Shown here one piece after another: positions 12,011 through 25,773 of a stretch of DNA of 64,000 nt. The position numbers were made by a program, and so were the translations under genes. This DNA is from Raillietiella orientalis (taxonomy: Eukaryota): NCBI GenBank assembly GCA_036172245.1, contig JAYWIR010000014.1, positions 682,001-746,000 on the forward strand, given 5' to 3'. Each line of letters opens with the position of its first letter. Position 1 is the first letter of the stretch. The notes below the pieces were generated by a model that saw only the letters and a program-made list of their open reading frames with translations, was not told where the DNA came from and did not search any database.

Positions 12011-13201
12011 TTGGCGGCTCTGAGGGCGGCGGTGCTTGACAGCCGGAGATCGCTGTGCAGCCGTTCTCAGCAGCCGCTATGTTGTCTTTGAGTGGGGATG
12101 GTGTTCGTGGTTGTCGTCGCGCTTCCGGTTTCTAGCAGCAGCGCGGGGAGGGAGCGGAAGCTGCAGACACCGAGAGCTACAGTCCCCAATCCCAAGATCA
12201 AGAAACTCAGGAACCCTTGCTGACCCCTCCCCCTTCCACCACTCGAAGAATAGCCATAGGATCCGGAGAGATCACCTGGCGCTCCGATAACGAGTTCCCT
12301 ATGGAGGGATGGCGACCGGAAAGCGGTGTGACGCTCCTCGGAGGTCGGGGAAGGATGGAGAGGAAAACGGGAGACAGATAGGAGGAACCTGTGCGCCCAG
12401 TAAAGGGAAGGTTCTGGATTTCGGAAAAGGGGAAAACCCGTGCCGGAAGTTTCTGAGGGTCGGAAGAGCGCACGCTGCTCCCACTGTGTTTCTAGGGGAC
12501 CACAGACTCCCAAGCGAAGGAGAATGGGTCAGTGGGGAATCTTCGACAGCCCGCATGGCAGAGCGCACGGGCTCTCTTTGAACTGCAAAAAACGCTCTTT
12601 GCCTTCCCGGAGGGTCGCTTAAGTTCCCCTCCCCCCTTCCCCGTTTGGCTTGATGATTCCCCAGCGCCGGGTTTCTCCGAACTCGCTCCCTGCATCCAAA
12701 AATTCTGGTTCAGGAGCCGGAGAGCGCTCGGCTCACTTCCCGGTCGGGGTGTCAATCTCGGCGTTCGCACCAAGACGTGTGTGCCAGGGGCACTGACCAC
12801 CCACGCACATGGTGCGCGCCCGCGCGAACACATGAAGAGTCGGCAACGTGGGAGGACCCAATTTTTTGGAAAAACGGAAGTGGCGAACACCAACACGGGA
12901 TGGGGGGTGAGTGGTAGGTGAGGAGAGGTGAGCTCTGGTGGAGCTGCTCGGAGCAGCGCTCGACCATCAGGACAGAAGGTGAAGCACATCAGATGGCGTG
13001 CTCTCGGACGCGAAGATCGGCTGCAGCCATCACCTCGGAGGCGTGAGCTTGCCCAGCCTCTCTGCTCGCATGCGGAAATCATGCGGAGCCAATGAGAAAT
13101 ACGAGAGAATTCTTGCATGGCCGGCGTCTCCGAGGCGCAAAAAAGAGGTCCAGTGAGAAGCCGCTAGTCGAAACTCTCTTGTGGTTTTGTCAGAGACAGA
13201 G

Positions 13202-13237
13202 TACAAGAACTGGAGGAACTACAAGAACTGGAGGAAC
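13202..13237. repeat. 18-bp tandem duplication
   Basis: tacaagaactggaggaac x2. Confidence 0.9.
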
Positions 13238-16200
13238 GTGCGATGAGTTTGATTTAAGAAGCCAAAAAAAAAAAAAAAAAAGAACAAGGGAAAAAATCCA
13301 AACATACAATTCCATAAAGCATGGTGGGGTAAGAAGAATTCTTTATGGTGAAGGAACAGGTCGCCTCGGGACAATGTCCGCGTTTCTGAGATGGCACGGG
13401 GGGGAAATCGATCACCCACCCGCCCGCTTCCGCCGCCGCTCGCGCTGCGAAGTTTGCAGAGACGCTCGACGGAGTGCCGAACTCGCTGGTTACGGGCTGA
13501 TTGATTTATTGATCGCCATTTTACTGAATGACCTTCGTTTGAATTGTGCCTTGGATTGTGCCAGCGTCATTGGTGGACGGCATCCTCTTAATGAGTCCGG
13601 GTGTACCCAGCTTGTGCGCGCACACGAATTTCGTGTACGCGGGCGGAAGCGAGCGTTTCATTCTTCGTCTTCGTTGCGTGGGATGCCATAGCCGTAACCG
13701 AGGGTGATGGATGAGTAGGCAAACCTGATGACCGCACCGATCTGCTCCCGCGTTTTCGTGCCGAAAATTCTCCGTAAACGAAGGTTCCCGCCGAACACCT
13801 GCGCGCTAACCCCGTAGTCATGAGCAGTGGGATGAGGTTCCCTCTGTTCTACGTGGCCGCTCGCATCACTCATTCCGCCTTGCATCTCGGCTCCTTAGCC
13901 CTGCCGGGCGATCCGATATGACGCCTGAGAAGTTTCTGGCCTTTACAGTGCAGCTCCCTCGCTGCAGAGGCACAGCAGACGCGGAGGTGCCCTTGTGCTC
14001 GCCACGACCTCTGCGGCATTTTCCCCGAAGTGGAATTTCGCCCTAGAGCTATGCATAGAACAGCATCATGGAATAGCATCGTCGTAATCCGATGGCATCC
14101 CCCTCTCTCCACGTCCTGGTGGTGCTCCTGCTGTCTCTGGTCGTTGACTGTGTCCGGACGCGCGTCGCCATCGCTTGCGTAAAGTCGCTCTTTTGAGGGC
14201 GCGCGCTCTCTCTCGGGAGACTGCCGTCTGTCTCGAGGTGCGATGCGCAGATGCACGCATCTTCGAACGAGCAGCATCTTCCTTTTCGCCTTCGGCACAC
14301 GGACGCGCCCTTGAACGGTTTTCCCTCAGCGCCTCATCGCAGCACGAGACCGATCTCCAGTGACCACTCCGCGAAGCGAGATCTTCACGATGGAATAGAT
14401 GAACGAGTGGCTGCACGTTCGAAAGGTCACGGTTGCGTCTGAAGACTCCTCTGTCTCGGAGGAACCCGAGGAATAAGAGAACGGGCTTTGGCTGCTGCTC
14501 TTTCGAGAGCTGGAACTTTCAGCGAAGAACCAAAGGGAGGCGCTCCAAAGAGGCTCTCGCGAAAGGGAAGGCCGATGGATCCTTCAACCGGCTCGAGCTG
14601 GTTCTTGCGGGAACTTCCAGAGGCAGCCCTCCTCTGCGTTGCAGAGATGCCTAGGCCGCCTGGAGATGCTTCGGGAGATTCTCGAAAAAAGAACGTGGGT
14701 CCACCGAGACTCTCATCCTTCGCTGGGATGGCATGGTGTATCGCTCCCTCCCCCTGTCGCCCCAGGAACGACGAGGGAACGAGGTTGGTACTCCGATGGC
14801 CAAGTACCTAGGGCGGAGCTACGACCAGAAAGCAGAACGAAGCTCCTCGGATGCCGGGAAAGATCAAAGAGAAACCGGCGGAGAAGAGCCCAGCGAGGAG
14901 TAGGACTCGGCTTTCCAAGAGAACGGCCAAACACGTGTCCCGTAGCAGCGCACCTGACAACCCGCTCCGGCACGCAGCCGGCATCAGAGAATGCCTTCGT
15001 CTCTTCCGCATCCTCACCTTTCGTGTGACAAAAGGAAGATGAAAGCGGTACTTCGATCCGCATACTCGGGAGTCTCGGCATCAGAACGACTTACCCTGTA
15101 GTGGAAGGGTTGAGTTGTGTCGATGACGGAGATTTTACCGCAGAGCAGCTTCATTGAGGACCCTTCGGCGGAGCTGTCGAGGCTGGTCGAACGGAGGGCA
15201 AACTTGTCCAGGAACTCGTTCGTCTTCTTCCTGTCCTCTTCGGGAACGGCCGGCCTTCCGCAACTCTGGAATCAGGAGAGTCGCTTTCACTTTGCTGGAG
15301 TGGCCGTGCTGGGCCGGGCGGAACGAGGATCCGCCCCGCTCAGAGCGTTTCCCTGAAGCTCAGGGTTCGTGCCCGTTCCCGACAGGAAGCGAAGCCCGAA
15401 CTCCCGATTTTTCGGCTCCGCTCACGACCCTGGATCCTGAAGGAAACCCGCCCAAAACTGGGGTATGGGGGGGGGAGGGGAGAAGCGACGGCGTGCTCCC
15501 CCGCAGTTCCAGACCAAGGAAGGAAAAATTTCTGCCAGGAGCATGCGGGCGGGGAAGACAGCGGAGCGGCACGTATCGTTCGATGGGCCGCCTTTTCGCA
15601 TGGGGAAGCGTGTGTGGTCGAACCCTGTCCTTTTTTCGCCTCCCTCCCCCTCCTGGGTAACTCAGGAAGCGGGATGAGATGCGAGAGCCGCCGGCGGGCA
15701 AGCGCCTCCGCAAACGGCGTCTTCGCTAGGAGTTCTGAAGATGGAGAACGGGAGAGAGGATCTCTCCCCCTATCACGGGGTCATCGCTGATTGGTGAGCC
15801 TGGTCGAATGCTCCAGCACTGAGGAGTCTGGCGTCTGCACTGAGTGCTCCGCTCTCGAAAGGCACCTTCCGAGAGCGAAGCTCGGAATTTCGACCTCATC
15901 CCGGGGAGATCAGGCAGCGCTCTCCGGATCTGCAACATGGCAGATGCAGCAACGAGCGCCTCTTCCTCCTCCCTTCCTCCCACCTCAAAAAAAGGGAAAA
16001 AAGGTCGGAAGCCGAAATCTTGACGCAGAAGTCGAAGGAGCGACACGGTCTGGAATAAGGCAGACCGTTGCTAGGGTAGCATGGATGGCACACAGAGAAG
16101 CAGCATCCTTGTCAACCAGTTTGCACCCCTAAAAATCAGTAGTGTTTGGCCATGACTGCCGAGTTTTGCCCCGCAACCGGGGAGGGCTTCAGGTGCCCGA

Positions 16201-17885
16201 TCAAACGAAAGCAGCCCCTGAAAACGGGGTAACTTCCAGGCCAGTGCAGCCCTTCCATGCGGAAAGACCGGATCGTAACGCCCAGAGGATTGTCGTGTGT
16301 TGTCTGGAGGTGCCTGCTCCCGTGCGTTCGGCAGCGAAGGACAGAGAGGCACGAGCGATTGGCTGCTCTGCGTCTGCTTTAGAAAACTTCCCGCGATTTT
16401 CAAAGATACTGGAAACCCTGCTTCGGGATATTGCAATGCAGAAAACCGAGAAAGATGTGTCTAGATAAACAAAGATGAACGCAAAGAATGTCAAAGATGA
16501 ACAAAGATGTCTTCCTTAACGCAAAAGTGTCCACATTTTAAGCACGAGCCTTCTGAAGCCTCTGTACTGTACGGTAGCTTCGTCTGCCCCCAAATTTTCC
16601 TCTGGGCTCTCCTTCCCTCGGGAAACTCGTGTGTACTGCAGGTGTGAAACGAGCGCGACGAAAGAAGTAGCCTTAGACCAAAGGGGAACAAATCCAATGC
16701 AAGGGGAGGATGGCAGCCGAGCAGACTTCTCTAGGTCACTGTGTCAGCGGCGACGCTTGTGTGTTCATTCCTCGGGGAACAAAGAAAGCGTTTTTGCGCA
16801 TCTGCAAACAAATGGGCCCCAGATGGGTGGCGTTTTTGCGGAACATCTTCGAAAATCTGCAGAATGAGGACCAGCATCTTCCGTAAAGGGTCAGCTCATG
16901 ATCCGTGATCCCAAAGTGAAGCTCTGTCCTTGAGATAAGATGTTCGTCCTTAAAGGCAGATTTCCTCTCTGTTTACTGGATGAACAGGTTACTGGATAGG
17001 GAAGGAATGCTTGAAACATCACTTTGCATTATCATACTCAGCCACCAGTGTTGTGTGCAGCAGTAGCTGGAATTCACGTTGCAAATCTCCCATGTGATAA
17101 CCGCGAGGTGAGAAGATTTCAACTATTCAACGAAGTCTAAGGAGTTTCTGAATTTATTTTGCCTCACCTCGTCGAAATCATTACCGATGAGGAAGAAAAG
17201 GTGTCTAAGGAAGACTGCTAAGGAAGAACAAGAAATAAATAAATCTCAAAAGCAGTAACCATGGTTGAGACAAATCTGATTATTCAGAAACAAGGATAAC
17301 CGTCATCATCCTGATCCTCCTGCTTTCGTCAAAATGAAAGGTTGAAGTCAGAGAAGAAGATAAACAATTGGTTTGGTTTCAGTGGGGCAAACTGCCCAAA
17401 CGATGCTCTCTGCTATTTTCGCAACGCATCCTGCATGTGCTTTTATCCTCAACTTCCGAGCTCCCGTGATATTTCATCAGGAAACGAGTCGACAAGCTGT
17501 GACAAGGTATTCCGTTTACTACCGCTAAACTGCAGCTATCTGAGATCACTCCGTAGCTGGGATGACGAAAACTTCCAGAAAGTACTCTCCCCTCGAAATG
17601 TGGTGTCGAACTTTTGGAGGAAAGACCTGAAACCATCTGAGTTGCCCATGAGTTGAACATCCTACAATTAGAAATGGACACCGAAGAGATAGGTGATTGG
17701 ATCTCCTAGATAGCACGCAAACGCGTCCGCTTTCTGAAAACGGAAGTCTTCGTGAATTATCAGGAAAATCACTCGTAAATGGGAGGCATGGATTGTTTAG
17801 CGACAGCAGTTATGCCAACCTCAACAAGTTAAGCAGTGGGAAGTAACATCCTAGCTTTCAAAGCATCATCCAAAGAGGGGACAAT

Positions 17886-17905
17886 CGTGCTGTGATCACA
17901 GCACG
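17886..17905. repeat. Perfect 20-bp palindrome
   Basis: cgtgctgtga|tcacagcacg. Confidence 0.95.
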
Positions 17906-19042
17906 CTACGAACATTTTTCATACCATGGAAACAGAAGCGTAAACTGTCAGTAGCAATCACTTCGCGGTTTGCAGATAATTAGATTGTCAGGATGGACAC
18001 CGTAACTCCTTAGAAGGGCACTCGTTTGATGGATTGGCTGCTCGTTAAATGCCTGGCTAACAAGCTGGCTGAGATCACAGATGAGAATGGGAACTCGGAG
18101 GTCTGACAGATTTCTCGAGAGCGAGCAGTAAGATTTTCCACGATAAATTCCGATTGGAACTTCCGCACTCGCCTCATTCGAGCAAAAAGTCTACGGACAA
18201 GACGATCGACAGACTTGATCCAGTGCCAAACCATTCTGGTTTCCAGGTTCCCGAGAAATATGCGTTTTCTCCATAGCCGTCTTACCCATAGCATGTGTTC
18301 ATATGTGAGAATGCACGTGCCACTTTCCATTTTCAGTCCCTTTAAGAAAAGTTGCTCCTGTCACCGAAGAGTGTGCACCGATCGGCAGCGAACCGAGTGT
18401 TAACCCCACACACTCGAAGTATCCTTGCGGGAATTTCACTAGGAAGGGAATGAGAAGCGTGCAAAGTCAGCTCGTGGTTGACCGCAGACTGCCTTTGTCT
18501 TAATACGAGATGACCTATCCGATCTTTGGCCTTCGGGAAAGCTTTGCATAGTTCATGCCCTGTAAAGTGGCAGCCATGGGCTGCTCTTTGTCGCAAAATG
18601 CCAAGGTGATTTTACTTCGATCCGATTTTTTGTATTTGACCCTAAAAACCCACTCGTGTACAATGCATTTCTCTCAACTAAAATTTCACCTAGTTACAGG
18701 AGAAGGATGCAGGAACTTTTTTCGGGCCGCTTGGCTCGAGCACTCAGTCCATGCATACCACTCTTACTAGGTCATTATTTTTCATTGGATTGGCTGTATC
18801 TTCGTTCTAAACAAGTGGCAGACTTGAATTCGAAAGAGTGACCCTAGAGAACACTACTGAACCCCCTTTCAACACGGAAGTTTAATGAAGCTAATCGATT
18901 CTGATTGTCAGCTGATTAACTTTTCGTGGATCAAGTCGATTGTTGCAGTGACATACCGTGATTACATTGAGGGGCCAAGCAAGGAACGAAAAGAAAGAAC
19001 AAAAGAACTCAACCAGCGACCTCAACCAGTGTATGCTCGTGG

Positions 19043-20110
19043 TTGAAAATCAGAGCTTCACAAGGATGCTCACGCAGTGGCTGTGATTGGTCAAGACGAA
19101 ACCAGTTTGGCAATCGAAGCAAAACTCTCAGGACAAACTTCTCGACACCAGGCTCTTCACTAAAAATGCGTTTTCGTGGAAAGCCTTCGAAATTCAGGGA
19201 CCGAAACACAAGGTTGATGTACGACTATCGGCAGTCGAGCGAAGCTGTCGGCCAATTTGACCCTAACGCACAGTACGGAGAAAGGAGATTACCACGAGGC
19301 ATTTTTTTCACTCTTTGCCATCATAACATCAAAAGTTGGGATAGTTGGTTCCTTTAGGGATATCGGTACATTTCTATTCTACTTCCTGATGAGTGCCCAG
19401 AGGACTTGATGTCGTGAGGTATGTATGCGTGTTCAACAATGTCGTGCGTTCTCATGGGACACGATGGAAAGATTCACACGAAAATGTAGGCGCTGCAAGA
19501 GAGGACATTTCCCTCTTGGAAGGTCTAATTCCACGGATGCACCTAACGTCTTACATACGACGATATGGGTATATCCGAAACGTATTCTTAGAAAAGCAGC
19601 TGTTCGAAATCTGGAAATGGGTCCAGAACAGTAAGCCTGAAAAAACATTCCAAGAGCCCCATCGGGAATTGTTGTCCAGAAGTGAGACGGCATCCTTAAA
19701 AGAGGAATGCTATCGAAGCTGAGCAAGCAGCCGAATATATTATTCCGGAGTTCAGCGTTTGAGCGAGGAGTATGTTTTAAAAAGAATCTTTCTCAAGTCA
19801 GAGGTAGAACCAGTTGTTTATGAGGCAGCGAGCAGAAACCAGTGTCCCAGTTACACGAAAAAAAAATAAACATTTTTCACTTCTGCTCTTCTGGGCTCGG
19901 TACCGCGAATACGAACGGACGGAATGCCACTGTTACCCTAAAGAAACGCCAGTCGATGAAGCGGCTTTCTGACCTCCTGGAGAAACCGTAAGAAAACCAC
20001 TTCATACGCAGAGGCCGTCCAAAGATTCGACTGATCGGATTCCTTTTTTATTTCAAGCGGATTTTGTGATCACATAAAACACGAGTACAAAAATGGATGT
20101 TGCTCTAACT
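19043..20110 (+). mobile_element. Decayed Ty3/Gypsy reverse transcriptase-RNase H relic
   Basis: RLMYDYRQ (cf. RLCVDYR), RGLDVVRYVCVFNNVV (cf. RGLDFVFVYIDDILV), YIIPEFS (cf. RFIPNFS) and TRVQKWMLL (cf. RLQRW.L.L) occur in order. Confidence 0.5.
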
Positions 20111-20564
20111 AACGCACTAGTGAGGGCGGCTCTCAGCATTGTTGAGAGCTCAGCACAGCACTGGGGTCAAGGTCGAAAGTCGGTTGCGGCCGAGGTTTTC
20201 GACTTTGCCGCCTGCAAGTGGCCGCTGACGCATGTGCGCAGCTCCCCCCTGCAAGAAATGCTGCACTGTCCACTGATAGGATCCGAGGTCACGGAGGCAG
20301 GCCAAAATTCCAGCCAAACACCCGAAACCGACCGCAAAGGACGAGGTCCCTGCGGGCGTGAGAACAGAACTCCCGCGCGGTCCGGGGTTTCCCCTTAAAT
20401 TTTTTGGGAATCCTGTAAACCGTTGAGGAAGAAAAGACGGACGGGTGCTTTCCGGCTCTTCGACAAAGCCCAAGGAGAAGAACCGTGGTCTACAATATGA
20501 GAACATGAAATTCTCGAAAATAAAGCCCTGTGGTCTCCTTTCTGATACCGCCGCGTAGACCTGG

Positions 20565-20845
20565 AACCTTATTCTAATATAGAAATAGATATATTAATAT
20601 TATTCGAATATAGAAATAGGGTCTGCTACTAAAAACGTCCTATAAGTGACTGAAGTGTACTTATTAATATATATATATACATATTCATTTAAATCTTAAT
20701 GAATAGCATACAAAAGAATTATGAATTTATGAATATATATATATATTAATTTAAATGTTAATTCCAAGATACCTTATCGAAATGTACCTCCTCCTAATGT
20801 GTTAATTCTTAATATACCTTATTCCAATGTTAATTTTGATTTAAC
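20565..20845. repeat. AT-rich low-complexity island with inverted and direct repeats
   Basis: ttattcNaatatagaaatag at 20569-20588 and 20600-20619. Inverted arms attaatatatatatata (20663-20679) and tatatatatatattaat (20734-20750). Confidence 0.85.
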
Positions 20846-21089
20846 GCAAAAAATCAACGATTGTTATCCTCTGAATAAAATCAGTGTGCATCCAAATACC
20901 TAAAGGTTTGGCTGAAGAAAGTCATGGTGTGGATGGAGCAGCATTGTGATCTAGGCTCAACTCCCAAAGCAGCTTTCCAAATTCTCTTAGGAATTCGCTC
21001 GTAGGTCAGGAATTCTTGCGCGTATGCAGAATCCTGTGCATGCAGATATGTCCGGAGCAAAAGGAAGAGAATACCGTTAATACAATGTT

Positions 21090-22850
21090 TTTTATACTCT
21101 TGGTGTCTTGACCGTGGACGTTTCTAGAGCACTCTTGTATGCTACTCCTATGCGCAGCGATTTTTTTCTGCTGATTCTGTGAGCTGAACTGACTTTGATA
21201 TGAAAATTTCTGGAACCGATGCGAATAACAGAGCTGATCTCCTTGGCACTTGTGGATCTAACGAAAGGTGGTCCTCGGGAAAGAACTCGGTTGACGAGAG
21301 CTCGGTAGGTTTCCGGCGCCGAAGCGATCGATCTCGCTCGCTTGCGGCGCAAGGCTCTGAAATAAATCAGCCGTTTTTGGTGGGTGGTGAAGATGGAAAA
21401 AAGTCTTGAGCGATCTTGCATTCATTTGGACAAAGTTCAATGCCCCCTTCATTCTATGAAAGCGATCCACTAACCGAATGCTCCTAAGGCAACCACCAAC
21501 CAGCTAGAAGACTTGGCAGCCAGCTCTGCCAAAGAGTCGGAGTAGGGACGAAGAAGTGAGTTGGCCGCAGAGCATGTAGCTCCCGTATGCTGCATGGATG
21601 ACTACGGAAGGCGTAATGGAGGACGCTATCGAACAAGTACTGTCGCATGCCCCTCTCAAGCACCCTCCCCGTTAATTTGGAAACACTGGTTCGTAATTCC
21701 AAGGACGTCTGGAGTGCCATCTGGATTCCTTTCACAGCTCCATGATGGAACAACTGCTAGAAGGCGGATGGTTCGACCAAGGTTGAAGCTCAGCACTAAC
21801 GGACTGAGAAGCACTCGAAGCTAGGAGTCCCACTCGCATCCCAAGATGGGATGTCTTTCGTGTTTCTTTTCCATTTCGCTCTTCTCTCCTGCTCTTGGTG
21901 CCTCCACGGGAAGCATAGAAGACAAACTCGGTACGGCGAAACGGAGGCGCAAGATGTCCCTTGAGAAGCAAAACAAAAATCATGATCAAACTGAGTTTCC
22001 TTCCCTACGGCAGAGGAATTCACCACCAGAGCGACTGGAGAGGCGAACTGTCTTCCTGAACCCATCGCACTGACCAATGGAATAACAATTCGACCTATGG
22101 CGTTTCAAACGGATTCTTGCGTCACCATTTATAAGGTGCCTCAAGCAAAAAAGCTGCTTTTACGAATTTGTTTTTCTTAGCAAATCTGCCTGAAGTTTCG
22201 GTTAGCGACCAATGGAATGTAGAATGTGCCCTCAGGAAATGGGAACATTTGCTTTACAATTGTCAAGTCCTGAGTGATTTTTTATCTCTTCAGCAAGGCG
22301 AAAAATCCAAGAGTAAAAGCCAAACAGTCAATGAACAATCCTCACGACCACTGATTTGAACAACATCCAGTGATTCCACAGGACTCGTGTCAACCGGTAA
22401 ATGCAAGCTAATCCTTCTTTTCCAAAAAATCCTTTCCCACAGAGCCCATCAAGAAAAAGGCTGCTGGAATCTGCTGTTCATCGGAAGGTTTAGGAAAGCT
22501 TCACTCTGTAACGAAGCAGGAGTTGCTACTGACACCGACACACTCATCGCAAGAGGAATCGTTGAGCTGAAGGCAAGAATCTTTCGAGACGAACACGCAG
22601 CAGGACCACAGAGAAGGCCACGGGCCCATCGGCTTCCGTTAAGAGCAAAGGTACCGTTCACCGCATGAAGAAAAGTCTTACCAGATCGTTGAGGTGAGCC
22701 ATCCGGATAGATCGCACCTCATGAAAACGCCTCCTTCCCAAGAACCGGGGTTGTGGCGGTACGGGCACTGTACGACACGTTCGCTTGCAGCTTTGGGAAG
22801 CAGCAACCAAAATCTCTGTGCATCTCAGTTATCCCCACGGAGACATAAGT
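21090..22850 (-). mobile_element. Decayed Ty3/Gypsy pol relic (RT, RNase H, integrase)
   Basis: In transcript order: GVFMRCDL (cf. IFSKIDL), GLLCGPA (cf. GLRNAPA), FHWS, FRRTEFVFY (cf. LEGREFVIY), RQYLFDSVLH...SHP (cf. RQQVFDSLH.LSHPG), IDRFGAGNLPSS. Confidence 0.45.
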
Positions 22851-23810
22851 GCGTGTGCAGTGTGAAGCGGGCACTGTGCCTTTTCATCCAGAGCGGAGGT
22901 CCTCTTCTACCCGGTGATGGGAGCAGTGTTTCTGGAACCTCTGTATTGGATTCAGTCTACGGGCAATTATTGCGCTCGTTTCTAGGGAACGGCTAACGTG
23001 ATGCCGCCGCCGTCCACGCCGTTTATGGTAAACATTGGCTCCAACTGCTGTATCCGCAAACAAGCAAGAGATCTTTTCTTCGTTGCAACAGGGATTCGGA
23101 CGTGGAGATGCGCTGCTCGAGCGAGCATTAACTGAGCAGAGGTGGATGACTCGTCCTAGGAGACCGGGGAGTGAAAGCATCACTGCACGAAAGTGGGGAT
23201 TTCCATCCGAAAGAGATTAAATATTGATCACTGCCTTACGTCCCGGTGAAGGAGGAGGACGAGAAGATACTTCAAATAGGATTTCCACATGCGTGTCATC
23301 TCACGTGATCCGAGAACGCTCCATCCGATACGGGCATTCGAAGATTCTTCCGGCATTACGACATCCACGGTTTTCCGAAAATAGCCCGCCGAGTCGAGCA
23401 CGCCGAAGACGCGTTGTCACGGCATCCCCCGGTAACGAAGGCAGGGAGGGACTCCGCGTGTTCCTAGGCTCCCCGTTCCAATGAAATCGACCCGGCCGCA
23501 AAAGATGACTTTCAGGGATGCATCGGCGCCCTCCCTCCTGAATTCTACTCGATTCGTTGCCCGGTGCTTGCCAGAGTAGCCACCGTCGACCCAGCACCAA
23601 CCCAAGGGGAGCAAATGCGCTAATTGCTGCGTGCGCGCGGAGAGTCCGAACGAAGCAACACCACCGTTCTTTCCCTACCACCAGAAGGCGAGCCACCTCC
23701 GCGATCCCACCTGCTGACGATCGCGTCCGCTCGCACGAACCTTCCTTAAGCCGAAAAACGACCAGAACAGCAACAACAAAAGATCGGGACTTGCTCAGAG
23801 GGGAGCGAAC

Positions 23811-23927
23811 CTGGTGACAGGTGTTCCCGTGCAGGGCGACGTGGCAGGTGCCCCCGGGGTATATGCGCTTCCTGCAGACCTCCAACAGGCTCGGAAGCGG
23901 GTCGACGTCAAGCGATCGAACGCGGGT
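23811..23927 (-). CDS. Candidate upstream exon of the CNG gene (N-terminal region before S1)
   Basis: Acceptor ctccctgcag, or an in-frame ATG at 23984. Ends ...HVALHGNTCHQ with phase-0 donor CAG|GTTCGC. Joining to 5863 gives GNTCHQ|WLAVITL, spaced like vertebrate CNGA GNTYYNWLFCITL. Confidence 0.35.
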
Positions 23928-24507
23928 CTGCAGGGAGACTGCGTTGCTGCACAAGACCAGCGGTCTCGGACGAGACGAAGGCATCTTTGGATCAGCCTGC
24001 GCTCTTCATCTGTTGTCGAACAGGGAGCCAGCGAGCCAGATTTCGAGCTCCTCCTGCTCTTGACTTCGATTCATGCCCGTGCGCTCTGGAAGCCACACAT
24101 TCACTCCCGCTCGCTCGGACTGCGAGCGCCTCTGCCACCGTCTGCGCGGTGAACAGCGAGCTGCCCTTTTCCATTTTTTCAGCTTGGACGAGCCACCCCC
24201 TGTTTGACGGAGACAGGACTTTCCACATTCCCAGGAGCGACTCCATGCTTCATACCCTAATCGAGGAATCCCACCAAACGTTGATGCTCACTCTTAAAAC
24301 CGATTCCTTGATCAATCCGTTGCGTGACCGTGACTACCTCCACATCCCAAAACAAAGGACAAAGCCTCCTAGATGGCACCTTCCACTCATCCCCAACAAT
24401 AGCAGCAACACGTGTACCCCAACTCATCACAGCTCGTCATTCAATCAACCCTCAGTCAGCAATAAGTCCGTGTGGAGATCGTGTTAAGATGAAGATATGA
24501 AGACAGG

Positions 24508-24700
24508 CACCCCGATCTCCTCATCCTGACCGGAAATGACTTTGACCTTCCTTCAGAAGAATCACGGGGTGGCCTCCACCAAAAGCGCGACGAACGATGT
24601 CACTGCCCCTCGCACATCCTGTAGAATGTCGGCCTTTTCAGCCTTCTCTCCAGCCTCCTTCGTACTTCACCCAACCGAACCTCTCAGTTAGCTTCCCTGG
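24508..24700 (+). mobile_element. Possible LINE AP-endonuclease fragment
   Basis: HPDLLILTGNDFDLP resembles the APE LIL.GDFNLP motif. There is little other support. Confidence 0.25.
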
Positions 24701-25746
24701 GCGTTTTCCGTCTACGGGCAATCACAAACGGCTGGAGGACAAAGACTGGAACCGCTGAAGACCGAGCCGTCTCTTGGGTACATGGCGGAAAGTCTTTGCA
24801 TCGGTTCCCGTTCTCGGTCCACTTGCTGAACAGGTTACTGCATCCGCTCACATTCGAGGTGCGTCCCTGGACCTCCTGCGTCGACTCACTCTTATGTCCC
24901 CGCGCACAGCGAATCCCTCGATCTGAGTTGCTGATAGATCCCTCCTAGAGGAGCAGCTCTCGACGCAGAACACCCGACTCCAGAGGCAAGCGGGCGTCTG
25001 GAGCGTGCGGAAGCGGTTTGTAACGAGATGTTCTGCACGGGCGGAATCTGGACTGCTTCGGAAGGGGAGAGGAGGTCCTGGAAGACCTCCACCCATCCCT
25101 CCGGCCGCCTTCGATTCGGGTCGACTGTGCTCAGAAGCCTAGCGGGAGACCCTCAGCTCCCTCTGGTGTGGAGGAGCGCGGACCCTCGTCTGCAGGGGGA
25201 GAGAAGTCAGGAGAGAATCCACGCGGAACAGACGCTTCCGGGGAGTACTTGCGAGCTCTTCCGAGACCCCGAGGGGATCTCTGTGGGGATGACTTCCTCG
25301 GAGAGAGGAACGAGGTGATCTTCTGTCCTCTCCAAAAAATCTGCCCGATGCAGCAGTAGGCGACATCGAGGCCGAGAATTCCAGGAACTAATTCCAGTCT
25401 CCTTACTGCATTCAGGACGGCATAAGATCATTTGAGGTCCGATCGGAGGTGATGGAACCAGAGCGCCGTCACCTGCCGGATCTGCAGCTGGAAACCATTC
25501 TGGGCGCGGGAACTGTAGGATAGCGGTGTGCTGAAGGAGAAGACTCTGCCGTCTGAAAACGATCCAATGCAGGCAGGTGGACGGTGGAATCCTCAACTTG
25601 TCCATTTTTCCTCTTCTGCGTTCTTTTTTTTTTTTTTTGTCGGGTTTGCTTTGTCTAGGTACTGAAAAAACCACTTTGCTTCACTCCATAAGGGCACCGG
25701 AAAGATTCGACAACGTCACTACATGGGAGATCCCGGGGCTCTTCCA

Positions 25747-25773
25747 CCGTCATACACCCAAGGTGTATGACGG
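25747..25773. repeat. Perfect hairpin, 12-bp arms, 3-nt loop
   Basis: ccgtcatacacc-caa-ggtgtatgacgg. Confidence 0.95.

Noticed and set aside
17662..17709. Retroviral-type aspartic protease ghost (LEMDTEE...IS)
   Set aside because: It lacks the DTG glycine and lies too far from the RT relic to call with confidence.
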